A stretch of 60,137 nucleotides of DNA from Negaprion brevirostris (lineage: Eukaryota), in NCBI GenBank assembly GCA_030324005.1, contig JARDVH010000073.1, forward strand, positions 39,108,983 to 39,169,119, given 5' to 3'. Below are positions 25,201 to 40,200 of the stretch, one piece after another. The notes beneath the pieces were generated by a model, which ran no database searches, was not told the origin of the DNA, and saw nothing but the letters and a program-made list of their open reading frames with translations. Position numbers and translations under genes: made by a program. Every line of letters begins with the position of its first letter. Position 1 is the first letter of the stretch.

Positions 25201-28200
25201 ACCAACTGTTTAATAAACCCAAACTCCTAAAGAAGGCATTCCATCTGTGATTACTGCACATGAATGCTGTTTTTGTAAATATAAATATATTTTTAAAATG
25301 CAGAAGTTTTTCATGTGCACTAGGAAGGGTGCAGAAAAGATTTACTAAGATGCTACTGGGTCTTGATGGATTGAGTTATAAGGAGAGGCTGAATAGACTG
25401 GGACTTTTTTCTCTGGAGCGTAGGAGGCTGAGGGGCTCCGTTATAGAGGTCTATAAAATAANNNNNNNNNNAGGCATAGACAAGATAGATAGTAAATATC
25501 TTTTCCTAAAGGTAGGGGAGTCTAAAACTAGAGGACGTGGGTTTAAGTTGAGAGGGGAGAGACACAAAGAAGTGTCCAGAGGGACAATTTTTTCACACAG
25601 AGGGTGGTGTGTCTGGAACAAGCTGCCAGAGGTAGCAGAGGTGGGTACAATTTTATCTTTTACAAAGCATTTAAATAGTTACATGGGTACAATGGCTATA
25701 GAGGGATATAGGCCAGATATGGACAACGGGGATTAGCTTAGGGGTTTTAACAAAAAAAAGGCTGGCATGGACAAGTTGGGCCAAAGGGCCTGTTTCCATG
25801 CTATAAACCTCTATGACTCTATGACATGTTTTAACAGTGAAAAGTGATTGATCTTCAGATGTTAGGGTGATCCTGTCTGCACCTCATATGCAGAATGGTG
25901 TACTTACGATCGTTGAATTAGACGGCATAAAGGCCACCCTTTGGACCATCAAGTCTGCACCAACACATTAGAAACACCTGAACTCCCATGTAATCCCATC
26001 TGCCAGCACTTGGCCCATAGCTCTGCATGTTATGAAGTGCTCATCCAAATTCTTTTTAAAAGGATGCAAGGCAACCCACCTTTATCACTCCCCCAGGCAG
26101 TGCATTTCAGACCATCACCAACCTCTGGGTAAAAGAGCTTTTCCTCATATCCCCTCTAAACCTCCTGCCCCTCACCTTGAACCTATGTCCCCTCATGACT
26201 GACCATTGAACTAAGGGGAACAGCTGCTCCTTATCCACTGTCTCTCACCATCATGTACACTTCGATAAGTCACCCCTCTGTTTTCTAATGAAAACAATTT
26301 AAGCCTATGCAACCTCTCTCCATCTATGCTTCCATTGATAAAGGCAAGTGCCCCATATGCCCTTTTCACCACTCTACCAACATGACACCCTCTGCTTTCA
26401 GAGATCGATGGACTAAGGTCCCTTTGTTCCACAAAACTCTCTAGTGTCTTAACATTCATTGGGTACTTTCTTGTCAAAGTACTCCTTCCAAAGTGTATCA
26501 CCTCTCACTTTCCAGAGTTAAATTCCATCTGCCATTTATCTGCCCATTTGATCATTCCGTCTATATTTCTTGTAGCCCAAGACACTCCACCTCACTGGCA
26601 GCCACCAGCCCAACCTTTGTGTCATCTGCAAAATTACTAATCCAACCCCCACATAGTCAATATCATTTATATAAATGACGAATAATAGGGGCCCAACACA
26701 GATCCCTGAAAACGATTCTTTCTTCTCTAACCTAAGTGCTGTAATCAACCATAGTTTTTGCCATTGTCCCAGCTAGGATCAACTAAATTAGTGCATTTTA
26801 AATACTTTGTCAGTGCACCATACCAGGTGATATATTTACAAGCCAGTAAGGAACTGTTCCAACATCAAGTCACCTCCATATATTTACATATTCAGCAGGA
26901 CAAATGTCACAATTCCTGCAACATAAACCAGAATGACAGATGATATTTAATTGACTGGGGTGCTGAGCGGGGCAAACAAGGTTCAATGCATGAGCGCTAA
27001 CTGGAGCAGCAGTAGAGACAACATAGTTGACTGCACAGTCCTCAAGTTAAGGAGAGAAAAATAATTCTGGATTGCCACTCATTGGTCATAATGTGTCTTT
27101 GTGAACTGGACTTCACTGTGATGCTTTCTCTATCACATCAATGCAAATTGATCATTTATTGCTACCTGAGCTGTAACCCAGCATAATTTGTTCAGGAAGG
27201 AAAAAAAATGGAAACACTTTGAAGANNNNNNNNNNNNNNNNNNNNNNNNNNNNNNNNNNNNNNNNNNNNNNNNNNNNNNNNNNNNNNNNNNNNNNNNNNN
27301 NNNNNNNNNNNNNNNNNNNNNNNNNACAACCAATATATATTAAAATTGATTTGTGTGGGGGGAATGAGACACAAGCCTAAAGATTTCCAAGGCCAACACC
27401 CATACATTCCACACTCCGTTAGACAGATTATTCAAGGATAACTGGCGTTACTGCTGGAAACTAGTACTTGCATCTATGTACATTGAACACACCAGATACA
27501 TTTTATAACTGGATCCAGACCAAAAAAAAAAAAGACACCTACTTGTCCCTCAATCTGTGCAACTCTTTTCTCATATCTTCATCTTCAATTTCTGAATCAT
27601 TATCACTGCTCATGTAGGAGGAATTAAATGAGTTAGTAAGGTTCTGTGCAATGGTGGTACCCTTGGATTCTGGCGACTGGGGGGAAACTGAACTCCCTGC
27701 ACTATCGACCTGCATTTGTTCCAGTTCCTTTGAATAGGGTTGCTGTCCTTCAGTCTTCAGCAGAACTGGTCCATTCACGTGCAGATATTGTTCAGAACTA
27801 TTTGATTCTTTTGGTGGTAAAATTTGTTCTGAAGCTCTAAAGAGATCCACGGGCATAGATGAAATTACTGTTAATGAAGCTGTACTTGTAGGCACACAAG
27901 AGGCGCTTCCCTTGCCAGCTTCATAAGTAACTTCATCTTGTGTCCTTGCCACTGAAAAACGGCCAACAGTGTCTCGCCTCGTTGTGACCTGGAATCGTCC
28001 TATTTTCGCCTGCTGAGCTGGCTCCTGTTCTTGATACGATGGCAATTTACTGTTTTTGCTTTGAGTTACTGGTATACTATCCACCACATCTTCATGACTA
28101 TCATGTTCAGAAGGTTTCACCACTGTACTTTCAGGGCTGCTTCCAGAGAAGGAAGATTCATCTGAGGCATGTTTCAGTTTACTCTCTTCCCGTTTATCAT

Positions 28201-31200
28201 TTGCTTCTTGATACAAGACATCATCTGTTGCAACAGAAACCTACAAAAAGGAAATCAATTAGCATTTTCGTCAAACAAAAATTTATTCACCTTTGGCTCA
28301 CGAATAAGATTATAAGATACAAGCAGTCAAATGCATTCCATGCAGCGGAGTTAGGGCAAAAGATCATTGTCCAACAGGGCAACACTTGCAGTACTGGCGT
28401 GTCAGCTTTGATTTTTGTGCTCAAATCCTGAAGTGAACCCATAACTTTATGAGCTAAAAGGCGAGTGAAACTGCTGTGCAACAACATTTATGTGCCCAAA
28501 TCTGAGTGCACATTTTTGGGACTTCTTTTCATATTTATTCCACTTAGCGTTATGCTCATATCAATAAACCACTCCAAATCTTACCAAGCAGTAACATAAG
28601 CAGCAACAAAAAAGTGCAAATCACTAAGTTGAACAATATATTTAACATGCACATTCCAACAGTAATTCTAAACAACTTTATTTTCGTCCGTTTTATTCTT
28701 CAAATGTTGCTCTCAATGGTAGTCTCTGCCAGGAATGGCTCATATTTCAGGGTACTGACAAAGCAATGGCATTCAGCACTGATTTCAAAGACAGCTGCCC
28801 TCATAGCATTCTACATGGCATATATTCCTCGTTACTGACATTAGTTTGAATCTGGTAGTAAGTGAAGGGGATCACCAAGCATATAGCATGGTAAGCAGCC
28901 AATCATATTAAAGCATTCTCAGAGACAGCAAACCAGGAAATAATTTCATTGATATTCTTTACACTTAATCATTTACAGGATATACAAAAGATTAAGATGA
29001 AAACTGATACGCAGACAAACTTTAATTCATCAGCTGTTGAAGGTGCCATCTTTTCAAATGAAAGTTTAAACTAAGGCTCCATTTGCTTGCTCGACAGATG
29101 TAAAAAAAATCCCATGGCATTAGGGGAGCTATCCACAGTGTCCTAGTCAACATTTATAGAATCACAGGATCCTTACAGTGCGGAAGAGGTCAGTTGACCC
29201 ATAGCATTTGCAAGGGACTCTGACAGTGCCCTCAATGAACATTATAAGAGGGAGATTATCTGGACATGGCCATATTGTTGTTTCTTGAAGTTTGCGGAGC
29301 ACAAAGTAATTGTTGCATTTCCTACGTTACAACAATGCCTACAATTTACAAAGTATTGGCTATAAAGTGCTTTGAGATGTCTGGTGATCATGAAAAACAC
29401 TATATAAATACTTCCTTTAAATTTGAAACTTTATCATAATGGAGAAAGCTGACATAAAATATAAAATGAATTTTTCAGGGCCAGAGGAGTTCTGCAGCAG
29501 TAATTATGAACTTAGTACAATATTAAAACCCACTTTCACCTCATTCAATAAGTTGTAACTTAAGAGTTTTTAACAAAATTAATAATGGAAGAAGTGACAT
29601 TCCCATTTGTTCTGGAATCTCCACTTGATTGTACTTGAGTGTGTGCACGTGCGAGTGCGCATGGATGCGCAGCACACATTACGGAAAGTTTAGTTCACTA
29701 ACAGNNNNNNCTTCTAAAATTTAACTGTGTTTATGCAGATCTCAGAAGCTGCTGTCAGTTTCAGATGAATATGGCAATGAATAATTTTCACCTGCTCCCA
29801 TAAGTTTGGTTCAAGGAAACAACATCAACAACAAACAAGGATAATAAATGGATGCTGGTGGGGTTATGGAGCTGCACACAATCAGCCAAATTTCCTTATT
29901 TAGCTTTCTTAACTATTTAAAGAAAACGTGTCATTGCTCCCCAAATGGAACTGGAGGACAGAAATAAAACAAATAGAATGCTTAAAGATACTTGGCAAAC
30001 GTTTTAGGGATTTTGATAAAGGTAGTAGCTGTTCAACATTATCTGCAGATCAAGTTGCCACCAACGTGTAGGTGGATAAAGCCTTAATCATGAAGTACAA
30101 GCCTGAAATTCATAGTCAGATTGATATCAGATTATAACCAATCACACTTCAGAAGTTCTTCACTGTCTATAAAGCATGCTGGAATTTCAAATCGACATTT
30201 CAATATTATTAAACAATAATAATTAAATACAAGTCTTTTCTCTTTATTGCCCCTCATTTTCAAGACCAAATTCTTACCTGAAAACGTCCCATTTTAACAA
30301 CTCCACTTCCAAAACCAGTAATTACAGTTGTGCTTGATTCCATGACACCTTCCTCATGTGTCCGTGACGCTATCATAGGATGGACACATTTGTCTTCTGA
30401 AGCAGCCGTAATAATGTCACCTAGCTGTGGAACATTACCTAAAGTGAGAAAAAAAAAAGAAAAACGCAAACATACTCACAAAATTAGATTATCCCAAAAC
30501 TGCGTTCAGATCACATGATTAAGTTTATTCAAAATATGACGGCTCACTGAGCTTTCAGAATTGGATTGGTTGTTTATTTGAACAAACAAATTAAATGAAT
30601 AAAGACACCCTATGACAGCTATCAATTGAAATGATTACATTTTTGAATCATGAGCAGTGATTATCAGGAAAAATAATGGCATCAAGTAATTTTTAAAAAA
30701 ATGAAGTACATTCTACTCATCCATTACTCATCTTTCACTCAGTAGCAATGGCAGATTCACATTTATTACTCAAAAATCCTCTGAACACAGGAACAGGAGT
30801 AGGTCATTCAGTCCATCGAGCCTGCTCCACCCTCCACCATGGCTGATAGGGTATCTCAATGCTTTTTATCCACTCTTCCACAAAACTCTTCATATTATTG
30901 TCAATCAGAATCCTATCATTCGCTACCTAAACATGCTCTGTAATTGAGCTTCCATGGTCTTCTGAGGTAGAGAATTCCAAAATTTCACAACCATCTGTGT
31001 AAACATATTTTCATCTCGGTCATAAGTAGTTTCATCCTTATTTTGAAATTGTGCCTCCTGGTTCAAGATTCCGCAACCAAAGGAAACATCTGACTTGCAT
31101 CTACCCTGTCTGTTCTTTCAAATATTGTGTAGCTTTCAATTAGATTGCTCCTCATTCTTCAAAACTCTATAGTCCAGTTTGTCCAATATCGTTTTTCATA

Positions 31201-34200
31201 GGACTGTCTCATCATCCCCAGAAGGTTCACCAGATTTGGTGAACATTTGTTACACTTTCTATAGTAATAATATTCTTTGAGGTAAGGGGACCAAAAACTG
31301 CACATAGAACTCCAGGTGAATCTAACAAAGCTCTATATAATTGAAACAAGACTTCACTACTTCTGTATCCAAATCCTCTTGTGATAAAGGCTAACATTCC
31401 ATTATCCTTTCTAATAGCTTGCTGCCCCTCAATTTAGCTTCACATTAGCCCAATTGATTATATTTAATGTTAGCTCAATCGGTCACATTCAATTGAAGGA
31501 TTTTGTCTTTAATGAGTGGCAGTAAACAATTACAACATTACCCAAGGTTGGTTTTCCCTGCAAGAAGTGCTGCAGCATGTAGCTCATTTCAATAAATTCT
31601 TACCTTCACCGGACAGGCCAGTTGTTGTGGAGCTCTGTCCAGGAAACACAGCAGACCCATTTACTGGAACCATACCCTTTGATAAAAGCAAAAGTTGTTT
31701 AATAAGAGTACAACAGCATCAAATTTACCTACAATTGTTTGGTAGAACAGAATTGGAATATTGCCAGTGAGATTGAGGAATGAGTTAAAAATTATGAACC
31801 AAGCTAACGACATACATGAACTTTAATAGATGAACCAGCAAATGGCTATTATTTATATTGGTTCGCTGAAATAGGCATAATTGTCTACACATGCTCTTTC
31901 TGGCTGAATATATGTTTTATTAATCCATGAACAACATTCAAAAGTTTGGAATTCACCAATAGTGGGAACACCAAAGAGGAGGAAAGACGTTTTACTTTCT
32001 ATCTCCAATATTTGGAGTGGTTCATGTTACACGCAAATATTTCATTTAAAACTATTAATTAAATGAGATTCGAGTAATGAGTTAAAAACCAGAAGCTAAG
32101 TTAATTATATGCATAAACTTTAATAAATTAAAATGAATAAAACAATCTTAGTGGTACTGCAGGTGATATACCAGGAGGAAAGAGAGCAGAAGTGAAGGGA
32201 GATTTAGAAATCCAAGACAAAAGTCAAAACAACAGGTCAGCTTAGCAATATGGGCAAGGCAGTGATGTAATTGTGATGTCACCGGACTAGTAATCCAGAG
32301 GCCCAAGCTAATGTCCTGGGGTCACCGTTCAAATCTCAGTATGACAGCTGATGCCGGTCGAACATAGATTAAAGTAATGAATCTGAAATTAAAAACTAGT
32401 CTCAGTGATAGTGTTGTAAAAATCCATATGATTCACTAATTTATTTTAGGGAATGGAATATGCCACCTTACCCCAAATATCCCCACCCTCAATGATGGGT
32501 AAGCCCAGCACATTAATGTAAAAGGCACCACCAGCCAGAAATAGAGTGGATGGCCCATCTCCATCTCCTCCTAAGGTCCCCAGCATCACAGATGCTGGTC
32601 TTCAACCAATTCAAGCACTCCACGTGTTTTCAGCAAACTGAAGGCAATGGATACTGCAGAGGCATGGGTCCAGACAACATTCCAGCAATCATACTGAAGA
32701 CTTGTGCTCCAGGAATAGTTGCACCCAAGCCAAGGTGCTCCAGTACAGTTACAACAGTGACATCCACCCGGCAATGTAGAAAAAAGTGTTCAGCTATTTC
32801 CTGTCAATAAAAAGAACAAATCCAACCCAGCCAATTACCAACTAATCAATGTACTCTCGATCACCAGCCAAACAGTGGAAGTGGTTGCTAACAGTCCTGT
32901 CGAGCACCACTTACTTAACAATAACCTTCTCTCTGATGCTCAGTTTGGGTTCTGTCAATGACCACTCAGCACTTGATCTCATTAAGGCCTTTGTCCAAAC
33001 AAGGTAAAATAAGCTTAACTCAAGAGTTGAGTGGCTGTCCTTGACATCAAGACAGCATTGATTGTGTTACATCTCAAAACTGGAGTCAATGGGAATCAGG
33101 GTGAAAACTCTCTTCTGGACAGAGTAATACCAAGCACAAAGGAAGAAGGTTGTAGTTGCTGGAGGTCCCAATGCATCTCTGCAGAATCGCCCTCGGTGCT
33201 ACCCTGTCTTCAGTTGCTTTATCAACGACCTTCCCTCCATTATAAAGTCAGAACTGGGGATGTTCATTGGTGCTTGCACAATATTCAGCATCATCTGCAA
33301 CTCCTCAGATAGTGAAGTAGTCCATGCTCGTTTGCAATTCGACCCAAACAATATCCAGACTTGGGAAACCAAGTGGCAAGTGACATTCCCACCACCCTAG
33401 CATCACATCATGACCATCTCCTAGCTAAAAAGAAAGAACCTAATCATATAGCCTTGACATTCAATGGCATTACCACTGAATCTCCCCTATCAATATTCTG
33501 GAGGTTTTCACTGATCACAAATTGAAATAAATCATATAAATACTGTGACTTAAGAGCAGGTCAGAGGTTGGGAATTTTTTTTAAAAGAAATATTCATTTA
33601 TGGGACATGAGCGCCATTAGCTGGGCCAGCAATTACCCTCCATTTCAGAGCACATTTCGGAGTCAACTACATTGCTGTGGGACTGGAGTCACATGTAGGC
33701 CACAACAGGTAAGGGTTGTAGACCTCCTTCCCTAAAGGACATTAGTGAACCAGGTGGGCTTTCACAACAGTCAACAGTAATTTCATGGTCATTAGACTTT
33801 TAATTCCAGATATTTACTGAATTCTAATTTTGCCATCTGTCATGGTGGGATTCAAACCCAGGTCGCTAGAACATTATGCACTGCCTCCTCTCTGCCACAG
33901 TACAACTCAATTACTTTAAAAGTTAAAAATTGCCAATATTCTTTTATTGCAATGTCCAAATTTACCTTCAACTTGGCTCAGCTCCCTTGAATAAAATCAG
34001 GAATTCACACCACATTACCCAAACTTGAAAAGTTGGTCATAATACCTCGACGCTCACCTGCACTGATGTGATAGGAGCCGGTAAATTTGTCACAGTTTCT
34101 GGACTCAGGGCTCGTCTTAATTGGGCATCCAAAGTGTCCAATGGTTGTTGTGACTGGAGGGCAACAGAAGTTTTTCTAAGTTAGTCATCCATGAATTCAC

Positions 34201-37200
34201 ACTTCAATCTATTGCCTGCATCTTTTGTCCAAGGACTCACCCTGAATACTCAATTTCAACTGAAATATTATTGCAGCTACAGATCATTTCCCCAGAGGTA
34301 TATTGCAAAGCTCACAAATAAACTTCTCAAATCTAGAAACTCTTAGAACTGAATTCCTACTATCATTGAACAAAATGTGATCTTAACTGCTTCCTTAAGT
34401 TTACCAATTCAAGCTCAAAGCAATCATGCTGGTCACCTGCACAAATTAGAGGGGAGATTGGGGGGAACAAAGAGTTAGATGAGGTATTGCCCAGATTGGT
34501 CACATTGTTAGAATCATTGAATTCTGCACTGCAGGAGGAGGCTATTTGGCCCATCGAGTCTGCATTGACCACATTCCTACTCAGTCCCTATCCCCATAAC
34601 CCCATGCATTTACCCTAGCTAGTCCCCCTGACACCAAGGGGCAATTTAACATGGCCAATCCACCTAATATGCACATCTTTGGACTGTGGGAGGAAACCGG
34701 AGCACCTGGAGGAAACAAACGCAGACACAGGGAGAATGTGCAAACTCTACATTGTTAACCACTGTATCACCCTTAATGAATGACACAGAAGTTGGAAGTA
34801 TTATGAATTGTGAGGAGGTTCTGAATAAGAGGCTTATTAGCATCAGAAATGTTGGGCAAAATTCTTACCTATTAGCCCACTAGCCCTCTTGGGCACAAGA
34901 AGTTTGTGGCCTTGGGCAAAAACTAAAAATAAGAGATAGCTTGAAGATTCTAAGAAAGATACACATCCACTTTTTTACTTTCTATATTTGCTCACATTTC
35001 CCGTGTCTGCTTGAATGCAGTTTCTGCATGTTGCTCAAGCACATGGAGTCAATTACAGAATCACAGAATGGTTGCAGCACAAAAGGGAAGTCATTTGGTC
35101 TGTCAAGTCTGTGTCGGCTCTTGCAAGAGCAATTTAGCTTGCCCCACTCCCCCACCCTTTCATGCAAATATCCTCTAGGTGCTTATCCAATTCTCTTTCA
35201 AAAGGTACAATTGAGTCTGCCCGCACCACATTCTCAGACAGTGCTTTCCTGAGTCTAACCATTATTGCATGAAAACATTTTGCGTCATGTTGCCATTGCC
35301 TTTATGCCAATCACCTTAAATCTCATTCTCAACCTCTCCATGAACAGCAAATTTTTCTTTGTTACTTTTTCATGGGCATCGCTTGCAAGGGCAGCATTTG
35401 TTGCCTATTTCTAATTGCCCTTGAACTAACTGACTTGCTGGGCCATTTCAGAGGGCAGTTGAGTCAACCACAATGCCGTGAGTCTGGAGTCATGAAGACC
35501 GGGCCGGGTAAGCATAGCAGATTTCTTCCCCTAAAGGGTATCAGTGAACCAGATGGGTTTTTAACAACAATTACTGGTAGTTTCATGTCACCATTATGGA
35601 GATTTATTCATTTAAATGCCACCAGCTTCCATATGGGATTGGACCCATGTCCACAGAGCCTGGGTCTCTGGATTACTAATCAAGTGATGTTGCCACCATG
35701 CCACTATTTGAGCATTTCTATCAAATATCCTCTGAGATTGGACCCCAGATGCTCCAATCTGGATACATAACTGGAATGTCTTTACATCCTTCCAAAAGTG
35801 TGATGTCTCAGATTGGACACAATATTCCAGTTGAGTATTCCAGTCAGAACCAGTTCTGACAAAGGGTCATCCTGACTTGAAACAGTAGCTCTATTCTCTC
35901 TCCGCAAATGCTGTTTAGACATGCTGAGATTTTCCAGTATTTTGTTTTGAGGCTGAATCAATGCTGGATAAAGATTCATCATAATTTCCTTGCTTTTGCA
36001 TTCTGGTCCTTGATTTATGAAATCCAGGATGCTGTGTGCCTTATTAACGACTTTTTCAAATTGCATGGCATCTTCAACAATCTGTGCTTGTATACCAACT
36101 GATGTTCATTTTTAAAAAGGATTCAGGGACAGAGAAACTATATTTTACTATTGCCTGTCCTCATTCTTTCTCCCCAAATGCATCTCATCACACTGCTCTA
36201 CAGTAAATTACATCAGCCACATGTCCACCCATCCCAGATATTTATCACTATCCTCACAATTCATAAATATTTCCAAGTTCTATGTCATTTGCAAATTTTG
36301 AAATTGTGGCCTGTACACCCGATTCCAACTCATTAATATAATCAAGAAAAGCAGTGGTGCTAGTATGGTTTCTGAGAAACCCCATCGCTCACCTTCCTTC
36401 CAGTATGAAACACTGTCCACAACTATTCTGTTTCCTGCTACTCTGCCAATCTTGCTTCCATGCTACCACTGTAATATCATGGGTTTCAACTCTGCTGACA
36501 CGTCAATAATGTGGCACTTCATGAAACATCTTTGTAAAGTCAAAATACAACTTTTAGCATTACCCTTACCAACTTTCCGTTACCTCATCAAAAAAAAAAT
36601 CAGGCAACTTAAAACTGATCTGCCTTTAACAAATTTATGTCAGCTTTACTAAATTAATCCCACATGTCCAAATGACTGTTTTCTGCCACGGTTATCACTT
36701 CTAGAAGCATTTCCACCACCAAGGGTTAAACTGATCGACATACTTATCCTCTCACCCGTTTTTTGAGCAAGGATGTGAAATTTCCATGGATTGTCTAAAC
36801 CTTAAACTGTGAACATTATTCCCCAAATATTCCCTTGTTAATTAATCGAACTGAGCAACTTCATTACCCAGAACCAGATTACACAATGTTTCCTGTTTTA
36901 CTGGGCCAGAAACTCATTGGTTAAGAAAACACTTCTAAAGATGCTTCAGAAACTCATTCCTCTCCATCTTTCCATCACCATAATATTCTCCTCACTAATA
37001 TTGTCATTCCACCACCTTTCCTTTAGTATTGAGTCCTTTCTAAATGGATTTCCCTTATCACCACTACATTATAATCCCATGTGTCTATCTGCATCTGCAG
37101 TTTACCAGCTTTATGTTAACACATTGTAAACCAAAAATTAGATCTTACTGTGGTCCTTCAGTGTAATCCCACAGAATACCTTACTTCACTACTATATGCC

Positions 37201-40200
37201 TCCCTTAACCACTGTTTCTGCTTTTTAATGGTATGTCATAATTTCCACCCTCAGGCAATTTAGTTGAATAATATTTCCTAATGCCAGCATGACCCTGATT
37301 TGGTCTACCCACTTATTTCAATTCTCAATGTCATGTCGCATCAAGAGTAATCTGAAGATTGCTATTTCTTGGCCTCTCTGCTGGCTCCCTGTAATTTGAG
37401 AGACATCTCTCTTTCTACCCTTTTTTTATACCAACATGGACCACAACCTCTGGTTGCTCATTTTTCCTCTCAATGTTCTGCAATCACAGTGACATACTTG
37501 ACTCCGACAAGAGGGAGACAACATGCCATCCTGCAATCATACCTGCTGCAGCTGATGAAACACTTGGCTGTTCCCCTTCACTATGACTTTCCTAATGTTT
37601 TCTCCCCCCATACCATGCACACACATGGAGAGGAGGAGAATGCACAGAAGGTCAGACTCGGATAACCCCCAAGAATTGCTGGGCAATGAGGATAGTCTGG
37701 AAAATTGCAGGGATCAAGTGGGTGGGAACACAGAAAGGACCTAAAGTCAAGGATGAGCACTTCAAATTTAATCCACAGAGTGATGAGAATTTATTGTAGG
37801 CCAGCAAGGGTAAAGCAAAGGAAATAAACAAAATAGAAGCAAAGAAATATTCTTGAAGTGCACTGGCTACTTTAGATAAGTAGAGTTTGATGAAAGGAGA
37901 TATGGCAGGAGTTGAAGCAATCGACTATTTTAATTGAGTATTAAAAAGGGTGCTAACAATGAAAGGTCTTTCTTTGACTTTGGTTTCAACCTTGTTCACA
38001 ATGCAAAAGTCGAGAGAGGCTGAAGCAAGGAGTTTCAGAAGAATAAATATGAAGCTGAAAAGAACTTGGAAAGGAACTGAAAACTCAGATGAAGGGTAGT
38101 TACAAAGGACAATAGGTTGAGGGTAGCTGGATAATAAATTGAGAAGATGGAGACAATATTTGAGAATACACAATCACTGCCAAATGAGCTAGCAACAAAG
38201 ACAAGGGGGAGGAAATGGGGAATGAAAATATACTTGGAATGGCATTGAGTCAGCAACGGGTAGGTTTCACAAAATGAGATGAACCTTGAAGGAAACTGTG
38301 GAAAGCGTCCAGGGCAGAATGGGTGGGAAGCTGGGAACGTTGTGGCTAAGGGTTAAAGGGAAGGTGAGGGTGCAGTTGAGACAACTCAAAAATTGGTCTC
38401 CACTTTAGTCATAGATAAGCTCCTCATGCTTGGTGGTTTGTGATGTTGTAGGAGTGGAGGATGCTACAAGCAGCAGTTTAAAAAAAATCAACAGCAAAAC
38501 AATTGTTGCTAAAAACATATACATTTCTAGAAGACTGGAGCAATCTAGTTTGCTTTCTACCATCCTAATAGTACAACATGTGATAAGGGTTGTTGACTAA
38601 GCACAGCAAATAAATTATCAATTAGCCTACAACAGATCCAGAAGTGATGCAAGGAAATCAAGTCCAAGATCACCATTCCCTCTCAGCCGTGCTGCACTTA
38701 CCACATCCTGTCCCAAGTCGTTCATAGGCTGTATCACAAAATGTTATTTTCTGAAATAAATCTAAATAGCATTTCAGGAAAATCAATATTAACTACTTCA
38801 GCTATGTCCCTTAAGAGTCTGTTCACTCAAAATTATTATTCTGGCAAATTCAATTTTAACCTTCCTTCTTCAAGCACTCATCGTGTTCTCTGGTTCTATC
38901 TGAGACTAGGTAAGACAGCTGGTCATTGTCCATGTCATCTAGTAGAAGATGGATGTGGATATTTGAAACAGAGCTGTAAGGTGAGTGTTTTCCAAAAGGA
39001 CATTGTGAAAGTAGCAAAATCGTAGGAAAATGTATAGATACGAGTGACAAGGAAGATGAAGCAGCAATCAGAAATAGCCACAAGACTAGAGAGGCCACAA
39101 GATGTAACAAGATTAAGGGGATGATCGAGGGTATGATACAAGTAGCTTATACAAAGGCTAAAATCAGAGGGAGCAAGGCCGAGGATGAAGGCTAAAAGCA
39201 GTGAAGAGTCGTCAAAGACGAGGAAGAAGGCATGCCCAGGAGAAAATCAACATGAGGATTGGGAATAAAAGCAGTCTTATCTTCAAACAAGTCAAATTGA
39301 AACAGCAAATGCTGTCTCAGGTAAAGAATCACATAGCACGATTTCAAATAAAAGCAGGGTCTCCCACTCAGTATGCCGGATAATATCAAACAACTTCACT
39401 TAAAAATTCTGGTGATCATATTACTATTTGAGTGATCTTGCTATGACAAGATTAAACTGTCTGTCGAGATTCCTACATTATAACAATGACTATATTTCAC
39501 AGTATTTTAGTTACTGTAAAGTGCTTTGGGACATCCATTCATTGCGAAAGACATGATACAAATGCACGTTCTTTGAACAACAAGGATTTTAAATTAATGA
39601 GAGAGATGGAAAGGGCATGATGTTCAAGAGAATGAGAAAGTATCGGGGAATAGATTGAAGTTAGGGTAGAGCTAATGTTGAAAAGGGTAGACTGTGAAGG
39701 AGTTTTTGCCTGTGGCCTTTGTGGCTGGACTGCTAGTTTTTGTAAACTTCTCATTTACAATAAATTAGCATTCTGGAGGCAGAATGTATGCCAGTGCAGA
39801 AAAGATAGGAAAGTGGTTGAAGAGGTTATGCACAAAGGAGCAAGTTTGGCAAGATGATCAGTGATAATATAGAATAGAGAATTTAGGGTTGCTACTCTTG
39901 CAGAATCAATGCTGGATGTCACGTTGGATTCAATAGAGTGTGGAAGGGGATGCATAATAGTGAGCTTTTCAGAGAGACAATTCAATATTGGCGAAGCAAG
40001 ATCTGAACAGCGGTGAAGGGTTAGAGTAGGGGCCAGGATAGGCAAAATAACCAAAAGGGGTACATGAATGGGATCATGCCTACATGGAGGAGGATAGCAG
40101 CCTCTGTGAATGGATAAAATAAAAGAGAAAAGATGTAGTGATCACAGATCTGGATTGGAAGCTAAAATTTGAGATTGAATATATGAATGGACAGACTGCC

